From contig OZ253553.1 in the NCBI GenBank assembly GCA_965262715.1, positions 800,001 to 864,000 of the forward strand: a stretch of 64,000 nucleotides of DNA, in the 5' to 3' direction. Under the pieces are notes generated by a model that worked only from the letters and a program-made list of their open reading frames with translations, did not search any database and was not told the origin of the DNA. Shown one piece after another: positions 48,749 through 58,255 of the stretch. The stretch comes from Bdellovibrionales bacterium (GTDB taxonomy: Bacteria > Bdellovibrionota > Bdellovibrionia > Bdellovibrionales > JAUICD01). Each line of letters opens with the position of its first letter. Within the stretch, counting starts at the first letter, position 1. A program made the translations under genes and the position numbers.

Positions 48749-50694
48749 CCTGAGTTTGGCAGTTGAAAAAACAAAGTTGAGTAATTTTAATTACTTAAGG
48801 GCGCATTGGAATTTTGTGCCACTAGGTTTTTGTTTTGTGGTAGAGATTTAAGAGATTGTTTGTAGGTTTAAGTAGATTCAATTTTAAGTTGTTTTGATGG
48901 GATCTTAACTCCTATAGCTTTAAATACATCAGCGTTATTGCCATAAATATCTGTTCTTATCCAAATAGTTTTGTTTTTATATCTGACAGGTATAGCTCGT
49001 ACTTCTTTCAGCTTTGACATAGCTTCCGCTACACTCAATGGCCTTGACTTTATTTTCTTGTCTGTGATTGCTTTATCTTTTAATGTGATGTTTCTTTGAT
49101 GTAACTTCTTTGCAAAGTAAGCCTCACATAAGTAAGATAAAAAACACACAACTAAATGACCTAATATCCTCTTATCTGTCCAGTGGAACATAGGACGTGT
49201 CTTTAATGTACCCTTCAACTCTCTAAATGAATTCTCTACCTTCCATAATTGCTTATAGTTCATTATAATCTCTTCAGAGCTTAAATCTGTATTTGTAATT
49301 ATTCCAAAAAAACCATCTGTCCTCTCTGATTGTTCTATAGCTGACTTATTTAAAGTAGGCTTGCCTTTACTCTTAGGATGAACAATATACTTCTTATAAT
49401 TACTATTAGATAAAAAAGATCTTGTGCTTATGGACTTCTTTGATAATTGAGCTTCTATCTTAGATAGAATGTCTTCTCTTACTTTCTTATCTCGTTCTGC
49501 TCTCTTTCTTGACCAGGTAATTATACAACGATCATTATTATAACTTGTTTCGTATATAGCTAAATCTTCATTTATAAATTTAAAATTCTTTAAATTGTAT
49601 ATCTCTGCATGACGATCCTTTAATAAACCTAGCTTTAATCCTACTATAAATTCATCTCCCTTTGCTTTTACTGATTGGAGATTCTCATTAGAAAATAAAC
49701 CTCTATCTCCTACTAATATAAATCTTCTGACCTTAAACTTCTTTTTTAGCTTCGTCATAACTGAAGGTATTGTTTTACCTTCAAATGTATTCCCAGGATA
49801 AACATCAAATCCTAAAGGCATACCTTCTGTATCTATTAAAAGTCCAAATACCACTTGTGTACAATCACTCCTCTTCTCTTTGCTATAACCAAACCTTCGA
49901 AGATTAGCTAAATCCTCACGGGTACTCTCAAATCTCAATGTCGTTAAATCATACAAAATAACATCACACTCATTGAAAAAACTTAATTGAGACTTACCTC
50001 GCATATAAAGAGTCTTCTCTATATCTTCCTTATGCTTACTTAGAATATCTAAAGAACGATAAATATCATCGATCTTAATATCCTTCTCTAAAAAATCAGG
50101 GTAAAATAACTTCTGCCAATGAGAATATAACTTTAACTTAGAGCATGGCTCTATAAATCGATTCACAACCAATGTAAAAACTATCTTCATAAGATCGAAT
50201 CCAACTTTAGGATGCTTCTGCTTCAAATCTGTTAATAATTCATAGAGGTTTAATTGTTTGAAAATAGTATCTATAATAAGTAAGGGGCCTAATATAAAAG
50301 TGTCTTTAACATCAATCTCTTTAGCTATTTCACTGGCAGATACAACATCTAAATGACGGTTTATAAGTTTAGATATGTCTTCTAATCGAGCATCTTTAGC
50401 TCGGCCTAAAGACATGAGGGTCCTGTGATTACTTTTACCATCTTTCCAATAGCTTTCAGCTATGTGATAGTAAGTTTGGCCTCTGGAGTTTTTTGTCTTC
50501 TTTATGAACATAAAGATATACTAGAATGTAAAAATAAAAAATCAAGTAAAATAAGCGTATAATGCAATGTATATATAAAATTTATTTCACTAGGTTTTTG
50601 ACCAAAATTAAAAACCAATAACACCTAACTACTGTAAACAAAGCATTCCTTAAAAAAAATATCCCGAAAATTCAAATTAACTGCCAAACTCAGG
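48749..50694 (-). mobile_element. IS1634-family insertion sequence, copy 2
   Basis: Terminal IR CCTGAGTTTGGCAGTT / AACTGCCAAACTCAGG; long flanking direct repeat. Confidence 0.93.
48868..50511 (-). CDS. IS1634-family DDE transposase
   Basis: Close paralogue of 15686-17338 with a divergent N-terminus. Confidence 0.95.
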   Translation of the reverse strand: MFIKKTKNSRGQTYYHIAESYWKDGKSNHRTLMSLGRAKDARLEDISKLINRHLDVVSASEIAKEIDVKDTFILGPLLIIDTIFKQLNLYELLTDLKQKHPKVGFDLMKIVFTLVVNRFIEPCSKLKLYSHWQKLFYPDFLEKDIKIDDIYRSLDILSKHKEDIEKTLYMRGKSQLSFFNECDVILYDLTTLRFESTREDLANLRRFGYSKEKRSDCTQVVFGLLIDTEGMPLGFDVYPGNTFEGKTIPSVMTKLKKKFKVRRFILVGDRGLFSNENLQSVKAKGDEFIVGLKLGLLKDRHAEIYNLKNFKFINEDLAIYETSYNNDRCIITWSRKRAERDKKVREDILSKIEAQLSKKSISTRSFLSNSNYKKYIVHPKSKGKPTLNKSAIEQSERTDGFFGIITNTDLSSEEIIMNYKQLWKVENSFRELKGTLKTRPMFHWTDKRILGHLVVCFLSYLCEAYFAKKLHQRNITLKDKAITDKKIKSRPLSVAEAMSKLKEVRAIPVRYKNKTIWIRTDIYGNNADVFKAIGVKIPSKQLKIEST

Positions 50695-50940
50695 AGTGAT
50701 GAATATATGACACCTCGTGAAATAAAGACTTTAATTAAGAAATCAATAAAGTTAACTATTGAGAGATAGTAATTTCTTTCAGTATGGGCATTCATCATGT
50801 TGTGGAAGATCGTCGGTAATGTTAAACCATAAACATTTATCTTTAACAAAAATATGCTTTTCTGGTTGAATACCAATTTCATTATCAAATAGGCCTGCAC
50901 TCATAAATATTCTATCAGGCTTTTTATGATAAAAGTAAAT
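50695..50940. repeat. 246-bp direct repeat, right copy
   Basis: Identical by eye to 48503-48748. Confidence 0.95.
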
Positions 50941-51189
50941 AAGAGATGAACCACATTTAGAACAGAAAGACCTGCTAGCCCATTGACTCGATGGAAATAA
51001 AGTTTCTAGATGCTCACCTTTAATATATTTAAATTTATCTTTTTTCACTCCAACAAAGGGACCGAACGGACCACCGCTAAATTTTTGGCACATTTTACAG
51101 TGACAAAATGCAAAATCAAATAAAGTGCCAGTGTACTCAAATTGGATACATCCACACAAACATGAACCTTTTTTTACATTATTCATCAA
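50779..51189 (-). CDS. GFA/CENP-V family protein
   Basis: GSCLCG, CHCKMCQK, FCSKCGS, HIFV..K..W. Confidence 0.93.
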   Translation of the reverse strand: MMNNVKKGSCLCGCIQFEYTGTLFDFAFCHCKMCQKFSGGPFGPFVGVKKDKFKYIKGEHLETLFPSSQWASRSFCSKCGSSLIYFYHKKPDRIFMSAGLFDNEIGIQPEKHIFVKDKCLWFNITDDLPQHDECPY

Positions 51190-51346
51190 TCCCTCCTATT
51201 ATCAATAGTGATGAACTTTAGTTAGAAGTCATCTCAAAATTATTTCCTGTGCTCATGTTTTTAAAACAATAATTGCCTATTCTTTACAAAAGGTTTTTAT
51301 CAATACTATCTATCAAATAGGTAAAATTTTTATTACAGAGTTAATT

Positions 51347-52306
51347 TTACAAAAGACTTTCTTTACAAGCTCCATCAGTTGATATGTCAGGAGTAATTGG
51401 GATAGTGTTACTGGGTTTTGTTTCAAGTAAAGTGTTAGTGACTGCTTTATAATACTGCGCATAGTTTTTTTGAGTCATTAGGTCCAACGGTGTAAGACCT
51501 TCGTTGTTTCTCGCATGCGTATCAGATCCATTTTCTATCAAGAATTGAATAAATTTTATATAAGACATATAGTAGGAAAATAGAAAGCTTTTATCTAAGA
51601 CGTCTAGATTTGCTGAGAGAGAGGTTTGTTGAATATCTTCATTAGATAGTCCAGTCTTTTGAACTTCTGGCAAACGATGAGTAAAAACGCGATAAAAAAA
51701 CGGAGGTTTTTGGTCAAGAAAAATAGCATTTTTAATGGCTAAATGAAGTGGTGTATCTCCATCATCATTTTTTGCATTTATATCTGCATTGTTTTTTAAT
51801 AAAAACTCAATTGTGGATCTATAATATCCAAAAAAGTTCTCTGTAGTGTTTGTTAATGGAAATTTGAGGCATGCACTGCACGATTTAATAATTTCATGCA
51901 GTGGTGTATTACTATCACTATTTCTTGCATTCACATCTGCGCCTTTAGATAGCAAGGTGGCTATATCAGGTATGTTATTGTTAATAACAAGTCGATGCAG
52001 CATTGTCCATGGTCGACCATCTAAGTGGGCTCCTCCATGTCTTATCAAAATATCTATAATAGCGGCTCTTTTTTCTTTTAGAGGACTTGGCTCTTCTTCG
52101 TGGTAGAGTTCAAAAGCTGTTTCTAATGGTGATATTGGTATTGATGGCACCGCATAACCTGCATAGCGATTATTTATGATATGCCTTACATCTTTCAAAT
52201 CAGCTGTTTTAATAGCTTCTATCAATAAGAAATCTAATTGAGGTGACTGCCCTTTTGCTATGGATGTTAAGCTTAAAAGAAATGAAAATATCAATATTAT
52301 TCTCAT
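51347..52306 (-). CDS. Secreted ankyrin-repeat protein
   Basis: Signal peptide from M at 52306; GADVNAR...NTPLH, ADINAKNDDGDTPLHLA. Confidence 0.88.
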   Translation of the reverse strand: MRIILIFSFLLSLTSIAKGQSPQLDFLLIEAIKTADLKDVRHIINNRYAGYAVPSIPISPLETAFELYHEEEPSPLKEKRAAIIDILIRHGGAHLDGRPWTMLHRLVINNNIPDIATLLSKGADVNARNSDSNTPLHEIIKSCSACLKFPLTNTTENFFGYYRSTIEFLLKNNADINAKNDDGDTPLHLAIKNAIFLDQKPPFFYRVFTHRLPEVQKTGLSNEDIQQTSLSANLDVLDKSFLFSYYMSYIKFIQFLIENGSDTHARNNEGLTPLDLMTQKNYAQYYKAVTNTLLETKPSNTIPITPDISTDGACKESLL

Positions 52307-52897
52307 ATATTGTAAATACCTTTTTATTATTAGAACTGGTCTCAAAAACTATAAATTTATTATAAATAAATATATTACCAAGTACATCTTCAAGCAATCC
52401 GGCAAGCCGGGAGCAACTCCCGGTTTGCCGGGTTGCTTGAATGCCAGATCCTAGAATAACGGTGACTTGCTATTTTAACTTTTAACTCACAAAAGCAAAA
52501 TACAAAATATTTATTGATGAAGTAAAACCTTTAAGTCCGGTTAATAGGCAACTTGACATTAACCTGTGAATGCTCATCCTACAAATCCATTATTATTTAA
52601 GAAAGTATGTATTGTATAAATAAAAAAAGTTTTAATAACAACTATTTTTTATAAATTATGTAATTTTGTAGTGGAAATATAAAAACCTTACTACTATAAT
52701 AAACTTAGCAAGATATTGAGGATGATCTATATTATTTCTAAGAACATGATATGCTGCTAAAACGGCTTCTAAAGAGTCATGTTAGGAGATGACGCAATCT
52801 ACTATAATTTTAAATATGTACTGAAACCTCAAAATTGATATCTGTGCAAAAAAAATCCTTAATTTCACTAAAATATGGAAATGATCAGAGATATTTG

Positions 52898-53890
52898 CTA
52901 TGTAAGGCTGTCCTGGCAAGCCCTATCATTATTAGGGGTACCATCAGATTTTGTTTCAAGTAAAGTGTTAGTGACTGCTTTATAGTACTGTATGTGCTCT
53001 TTTTGAGCTAGTAGATCTATAGGTGTTAGTCCATCATTATTTTTTGCATAAATATCAGCACCATTTTCTATTAAGGTTTTAATAAATTTTATATAATGTA
53101 TATAGTAGGAACTTAAAAAGCTTCCATCTAAAATATCTAAGATGGAGATATTTATTGGAAGAGATGTTGATGAGGTATCCTTGTTAAACGCTCCAGCCTC
53201 CTGGGTTTTTGAAGAATGACGGATGAGAGTACGATAAAAAAATGGAGGTTTTTGGTCGAGGAATACAGTATTTTTAATAGCTAAATGAAGAGGTGTATCG
53301 CCATCATTATTTTTTGCATTTATATCTGCGTCGTTTTCTAATAAAAACTCAATTGTCACTCTAGCACTTCTAAAAGAGTGTCTTTCACTATTTTTCAATG
53401 GAAATCTAAGGCATCTACTGCACAATTTAACAACTTCATGTAGAGGTGTATTTCCTGATATGTCCTTTGCATTTATATCCGCATTTTTATATTTTAAGCT
53501 CTTCATATCTTGCACATTATGTTCACTAGCCAGCTGATGCAATATTGTCCATGGTTGACCATTTAAATGGGCTCCTCCATGTTTTATCAAAATATCTATA
53601 ACTTTGTGATTGTTTGCGTACCTGTCTGCCGGATTTGATATAAGTCCTTGTTCTGGTCTATTGTAGAGCCTGAGTGCCAATTCTAGTGGGGATATGAATG
53701 TCGATGGTGAGATGGGAATATAACTTTCTTGAACATTAGCTCCCTTTTCTATTAAGTCATTTACGGCTTCTGGATCACCTACTTGGATAGCATCTATTAA
53801 TAAAATATCTAACTGAGGTGATTGTCCTGTTGCTGTGAAAGTTACATTTAAAAGAAATAGAAATGTTAATATTGCTTTTATATACAGCAT
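52898..53890 (-). CDS. Secreted ankyrin-repeat protein
   Basis: Signal peptide; several TPLH ankyrin repeats; paralogue of its neighbours. Confidence 0.88.
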   Translation of the reverse strand: MLYIKAILTFLFLLNVTFTATGQSPQLDILLIDAIQVGDPEAVNDLIEKGANVQESYIPISPSTFISPLELALRLYNRPEQGLISNPADRYANNHKVIDILIKHGGAHLNGQPWTILHQLASEHNVQDMKSLKYKNADINAKDISGNTPLHEVVKLCSRCLRFPLKNSERHSFRSARVTIEFLLENDADINAKNNDGDTPLHLAIKNTVFLDQKPPFFYRTLIRHSSKTQEAGAFNKDTSSTSLPINISILDILDGSFLSSYYIHYIKFIKTLIENGADIYAKNNDGLTPIDLLAQKEHIQYYKAVTNTLLETKSDGTPNNDRACQDSLT

Positions 53891-54242
53891 AAATAACTTT
53901 TTATTATTAATAATTTTTTAATGGTTTATCGCAAGGTGTTCATATGATAGGTATTTTTTTCACAAATTTTACTGTTGGGCTGGCTTTTAAATTCAGCTTT
54001 GTATAAAAATTGCGTGATTATTTATTAATAATATAAACTTTTTTAAAAGACAATAAGAATTGATGAATACAGGTACAATAGGCGAGGCTTAGCAGACCTA
54101 AAGTTGTTAGAAGATTTTTTATTTTACGAGGGTTTTGGTTGTATAAATTCCAGGAGTTTACGATCTGACACAGTTTTTATGAGATATAGAAACCTATGTT
54201 TGAAGTCAATATTTTTGACAAGTTGTCAGATAAATTAAGTAT

Positions 54243-55268
54243 TTACGAAAGACTATCTTTACAAGCTTTATCATTAGAGTCTTCATTAGTTCTTAAGTCA
54301 TAAGGATAAACAATATCATAATATTTAATTGAGGTGTCCTTAGGTTTTGTTTCAAGTAAGGTGTGAGTGAATGTTGTATAGTATTGCGAATATTCTTTTT
54401 GAGCCATTAGGTCCAAAGGTGTCAAGCCATCATTATTTTCTGCATAAACATCAGCACCATTTTCTATCCAAAGTCGAATAGAAGATAGATAATGTATATA
54501 GAGGTTTGTAAAAGAACTATCCAAAACAGCTAAAGTCATAGTATTTAAAAGAGTGGTTAATTGAGCACTTCTTTTTTCATTAGACGATACAGGTTCTGGA
54601 GTTCTTACTAAATGGCGAGCAAAAGCGCGGTAAAAGAATGGAGGCTCTTGATCAAGGAAAACAGTATTTTTAATGATTAGATGAAGAGGCGTATCACCAC
54701 TATCGTTTTTTGCATTGATATCTGCGCCTTTGTCTATTAAAAACTGAGCTGTTTGTTTATTATATTCGAAGAAACGTTTTGTAACGTTATCTTTCAATGG
54801 GAGTTTTAGAATTTTATATGGACTGGCAATTCTATGTAGTGGTGTATTTCCAAATATATCTCTCGCATTTACATCTGCGTCTAAAGATAGCAAGATAGCT
54901 ATACCTTGTATGTTATGTTCACTAGCTAATCGGTGTAATATTGTCCATGGCAAATTATTTAAGTGGGCTCCTCCGTGTTTTATTAAAATATTTACAATTT
55001 CGTATCTACTTGCAGAGCTTGATGTGGCTCTTTGCCCTGTTCTAATGTAGGAGTTAATGGCAAATTCTAATGGTAGTATTGCTGATGGTCGTATCGTATA
55101 ACTTCCATAAACACTAGCCCCTTCTTTTATTAAATTGGTTACAACTTCTGAATCACCTCTTTGAATAGCACTTATCAATAAAAAATATAAAGAGGGTGGT
55201 TCTTCTTTTGATCCTTTTGATATAGAAGTTAAACTTAGAAGAAATAAAAATATCAATATTGGTTTCAT
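54243..55268 (-). CDS. Secreted ankyrin-repeat protein
   Basis: Signal peptide; TPLH ankyrin repeats; shared FLDQ.PPFFYR. Confidence 0.88.
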   Translation of the reverse strand: MKPILIFLFLLSLTSISKGSKEEPPSLYFLLISAIQRGDSEVVTNLIKEGASVYGSYTIRPSAILPLEFAINSYIRTGQRATSSSASRYEIVNILIKHGGAHLNNLPWTILHRLASEHNIQGIAILLSLDADVNARDIFGNTPLHRIASPYKILKLPLKDNVTKRFFEYNKQTAQFLIDKGADINAKNDSGDTPLHLIIKNTVFLDQEPPFFYRAFARHLVRTPEPVSSNEKRSAQLTTLLNTMTLAVLDSSFTNLYIHYLSSIRLWIENGADVYAENNDGLTPLDLMAQKEYSQYYTTFTHTLLETKPKDTSIKYYDIVYPYDLRTNEDSNDKACKDSLS

Positions 55269-55523
55269 GTGTAATGCAAATACCTTTTTCTTATTAATAA
55301 CTTTATATTTTCATAATAATAAATTCTTGTTTATCTCGCTTCGATTGTAGAAATTTAGTAACTTTTAAATTGTTAATAGCTATTTAAAACTTCATTTTTT
55401 ACTACTTAATTTAAAAGGGTATATCATAGAAATTATAACAACACAATAAAAGGGTTTTAATAATGGCTATTTATTATAAACTATGTAAATTTTACAGTAA
55501 AAATATAGAATCTCTACTCTACT

Positions 55524-57425
55524 CTACTCTACTGTAACAGATTTAGCGAGGTTTCGAGGACGATCTACGTTGTTTCCAAGGGCATTAGCTGTGTAATAAG
55601 CAATAAGTTGTACTACAATGGCTTCTAAAATAGGTAATGTTGAAAAATGGGTTTTTGGTAAAATAGAGTAAATGTTGTCTTTAAAAAGTTGGTTTTTTTT
55701 ATCTTCAGAAAGATCCTCACCTGTTGTTATTTCAATAATTTTACCTTTTCTAGCTTGAATCTCTTTTAAGTTATTTCTCATTTTATAATAGATATGATCA
55801 TCTTTTGGAATAAGAGCAATCACTTTTGTTTTCTCATTTATCAAGGCGATAGGACCATGTTTCATTTCTCCTGCAGCATAACCTTCCGCATGAATATAAG
55901 CAAGCTCCTTAAGTTTTAAGGCCCCTTCAAGGGCAATAGGAAAACTTATTCCACGTCCTATATATAAAATGTTTTGAAGATTTTTAATTTGACTGGCAAT
56001 CTCCTTTAGATGATTGCAGTGAGAAAAGAGATATTCTATTTGAGATGGTAAAACAGTTAAAGCTTCATAAATATCTTTTTCCAACTTGAGTGGTTGCTTA
56101 TCAGAAGTAGTTAACTTTTTTAATCCAAGAGCAAGTATATTGAGAATAGCAATTGTGTTTGTAAATGTTTTTGTACTTGCAACACTCACTTCTATCCCAG
56201 CAGACATGTCAATACAGGCATTTGCCTCTCTGTCAATCGTAGAATGAGGCATATTACAGATAGCAAGTGTGTATTTTCCCATTTGCTTTGCTAAACGTAG
56301 GGCAGCTAAAGTGTCAGCTGTTTCTCCGCTCTGGGAAATAAAAAGAAAAAGGGTGTGGTCAGGAAATACGAAGTCCTGATAACGAAATTCACTAGCAAGT
56401 TCTACCTTTACAGGGATGTGAGCATGAGCTTCGAGAAGATGTTTACCTACCAAACCTGCATAATAACTAGATCCACAAGCAATAATAACAATATGTTTTG
56501 TATCTTTTAAAATATGATGAAAAGATTTTGACTTTGTATTTTGGTCTTCTTGATGGGAGTTCCTGATTTTAAAGTCTAGAGATTCTAGGCGTAGAGTTTG
56601 TGTAGATGGATTTAAAAAATGTAAATTTAACCTTTGAAGACAGGCAGGTTGTTCAAATATTTCTTTAAGCATAAAGTGAGGGTAATTTTTTTTATCTATG
56701 ATTTTTACTGTTTCAGGTAACGTCACAGGCTTTCTATAAATTTGGCGTGCTTTTTGATCAAAAATTTGATAATCCATGTTTTTAATTTTTACAACTTCAT
56801 CATCTTGAAGATAAATGATTTGATTTGTGTGTTTTATCAAAGGCTGAATGTCGCTAGCTACAAAAATTTCTGATGGATTGATTCCAATTACTAAAGGTGG
56901 ACCTGATTTGAAAGCCACCCAAGTATCAGGTTGCTTTTCATTAATAGCAAGTACAGAGTAGACTCCTTTTAGACAAGTTACAATTTCTAAAACAGCTTGC
57001 AGAATATCTTGTGTTTTATCAAAAGCTGCAGAAAGAAGATGAGCTATAAGCTCTGAATCTGTTTCAGAGTGAATTTTAGCTCCTGATGTTAAAATCTGTT
57101 TTTTCAACTGAAGGTCATTCTCGATAATACCATTATGAACAATACTAAAATCTCCTACACAATGAGGGTGAGCATTTTTTTCAGAGACAATACCATGAGT
57201 GGCCCAACGTGTGTGACCTATGCCGAGATTTCCATCAAAATCTATGTTTTCTAGCTCTTCTTGCAATCCCTCAAGTGCGCCTTTTACACGCACTTTTTTA
57301 ATTTTATTTTTGTGAAAGATAGCTACACCTGCGCTATCATAACCCCTATATTCTAGGGCTTTTAAGCCATCAAGTAAGACTTCTTTGGTGTTTTGAAAAC
57401 CTTGATATCCAATAATTCCACACAT
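55524..57425 (-). CDS. glmS: Glutamine--fructose-6-phosphate transaminase
   Basis: MCGIIG, LEYRGYDSAG, GHTRWATHG, SQSGETADT, PRNLAKSVTVE. Confidence 0.98.
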   Translation of the reverse strand: MCGIIGYQGFQNTKEVLLDGLKALEYRGYDSAGVAIFHKNKIKKVRVKGALEGLQEELENIDFDGNLGIGHTRWATHGIVSEKNAHPHCVGDFSIVHNGIIENDLQLKKQILTSGAKIHSETDSELIAHLLSAAFDKTQDILQAVLEIVTCLKGVYSVLAINEKQPDTWVAFKSGPPLVIGINPSEIFVASDIQPLIKHTNQIIYLQDDEVVKIKNMDYQIFDQKARQIYRKPVTLPETVKIIDKKNYPHFMLKEIFEQPACLQRLNLHFLNPSTQTLRLESLDFKIRNSHQEDQNTKSKSFHHILKDTKHIVIIACGSSYYAGLVGKHLLEAHAHIPVKVELASEFRYQDFVFPDHTLFLFISQSGETADTLAALRLAKQMGKYTLAICNMPHSTIDREANACIDMSAGIEVSVASTKTFTNTIAILNILALGLKKLTTSDKQPLKLEKDIYEALTVLPSQIEYLFSHCNHLKEIASQIKNLQNILYIGRGISFPIALEGALKLKELAYIHAEGYAAGEMKHGPIALINEKTKVIALIPKDDHIYYKMRNNLKEIQARKGKIIEITTGEDLSEDKKNQLFKDNIYSILPKTHFSTLPILEAIVVQLIAYYTANALGNNVDRPRNLAKSVTVE

Positions 57426-57510
57426 CTTCTACCTTATTTATTTTAAGCTCAAAACTGTTTGATTATTTTTTTTGGGTTAGCTTCATTTTAGATATAAACT
57501 GATTATGTTT

Positions 57511-58050
57511 TTAATTTAAATTTTGTCGTATTTGGGCAACATAAGGTAAGTTTCTAAAATATCCTTGATGTTCTAAACCATACCCTGAGACACATTGTTC
57601 TTTAATCTCAAAACCCGCATAATCTATATTGATGTTTGCCTTAAGAGTGGCGGGCCTTAAAAGGAATGTTGCTGTTATTAAAGATTTTGGTTTTCCAATA
57701 TTTATAAACTTTTTCAAATACTCCAAACCAAATCCAGTTACGACAATATCTTTTATCAAAAGAACATGTTTATCTCTAATAGACTCAGAAAGGTCCAATG
57801 TAAATGTATGAAATTGACGAGTTGTATCTTCCAAATGAGTGGACATGTCAATGAAATCACATTGAATGTCTCTATTGATAGAGCGGATTAAGTCAGAATA
57901 AAATACAAAAGATCCTTTTAAAGCGCAAATAGCTGTGAGGTCTTCATCCGGAGGAAATCTTTTAGAAATTTGCGCGCCAAGCTCCTTTATGCGATTTTTG
58001 ATTTGTTCTTCAGAAAAAAGGACTTTAAAATTTTTTGGGTGAGGTAACAT
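57511..58050 (-). CDS. Hypoxanthine phosphoribosyltransferase-like protein with altered active-site motifs
   Basis: LKGSFVFYSDL, GYGL...RNLP; PRPP loop reads LLIKDIVVTG instead of the canonical (I/V)EDI(I/V)DTG. Confidence 0.75.
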   Translation of the reverse strand: MLPHPKNFKVLFSEEQIKNRIKELGAQISKRFPPDEDLTAICALKGSFVFYSDLIRSINRDIQCDFIDMSTHLEDTTRQFHTFTLDLSESIRDKHVLLIKDIVVTGFGLEYLKKFINIGKPKSLITATFLLRPATLKANINIDYAGFEIKEQCVSGYGLEHQGYFRNLPYVAQIRQNLN

Positions 58051-58164
58051 TTTATAATATCCTTCTAGGGTTAGATCTTACGATTTTGCCTGTTTGATCA
58101 ATAAGTCATATTATAAAACCTAAATAAAGTAAAGGCAATTCATGAGTTTAGCTTAAAAAGAAGA

Positions 58165-58255
58165 TGGCGGAGGGGGAGAGATTCGAACTCTCGGTACTGA
58201 AGACCAGTACGACAGTTTAGCAAACTGCTGGTTTAAGCCACTCACCCACCCCTCC
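58165..58255 (-). tRNA. tRNA-Ser(GCT)
   Basis: GGAGGGGTGGGTGAGTGGCTTAAACCAGCAGTTTGCTAAACTGTCGTACTGGTCTTCAGTACCGAGAGTTCGAATCTCTCCCCCTCCGCCA: long variable arm, GCT anticodon, encoded CCA. Confidence 0.95.

Noticed and set aside
48406..50900. Duplicate ORFs MQAYLIMK... (48406-48708 and 50625-50900)
   Set aside because: Off-frame or antisense readings of the 246-bp duplication overlapping real genes
57426..57510. glmS ribozyme
   Set aside because: Only 85 bp of AT-rich spacer upstream of glmS, with no recognisable ribozyme core
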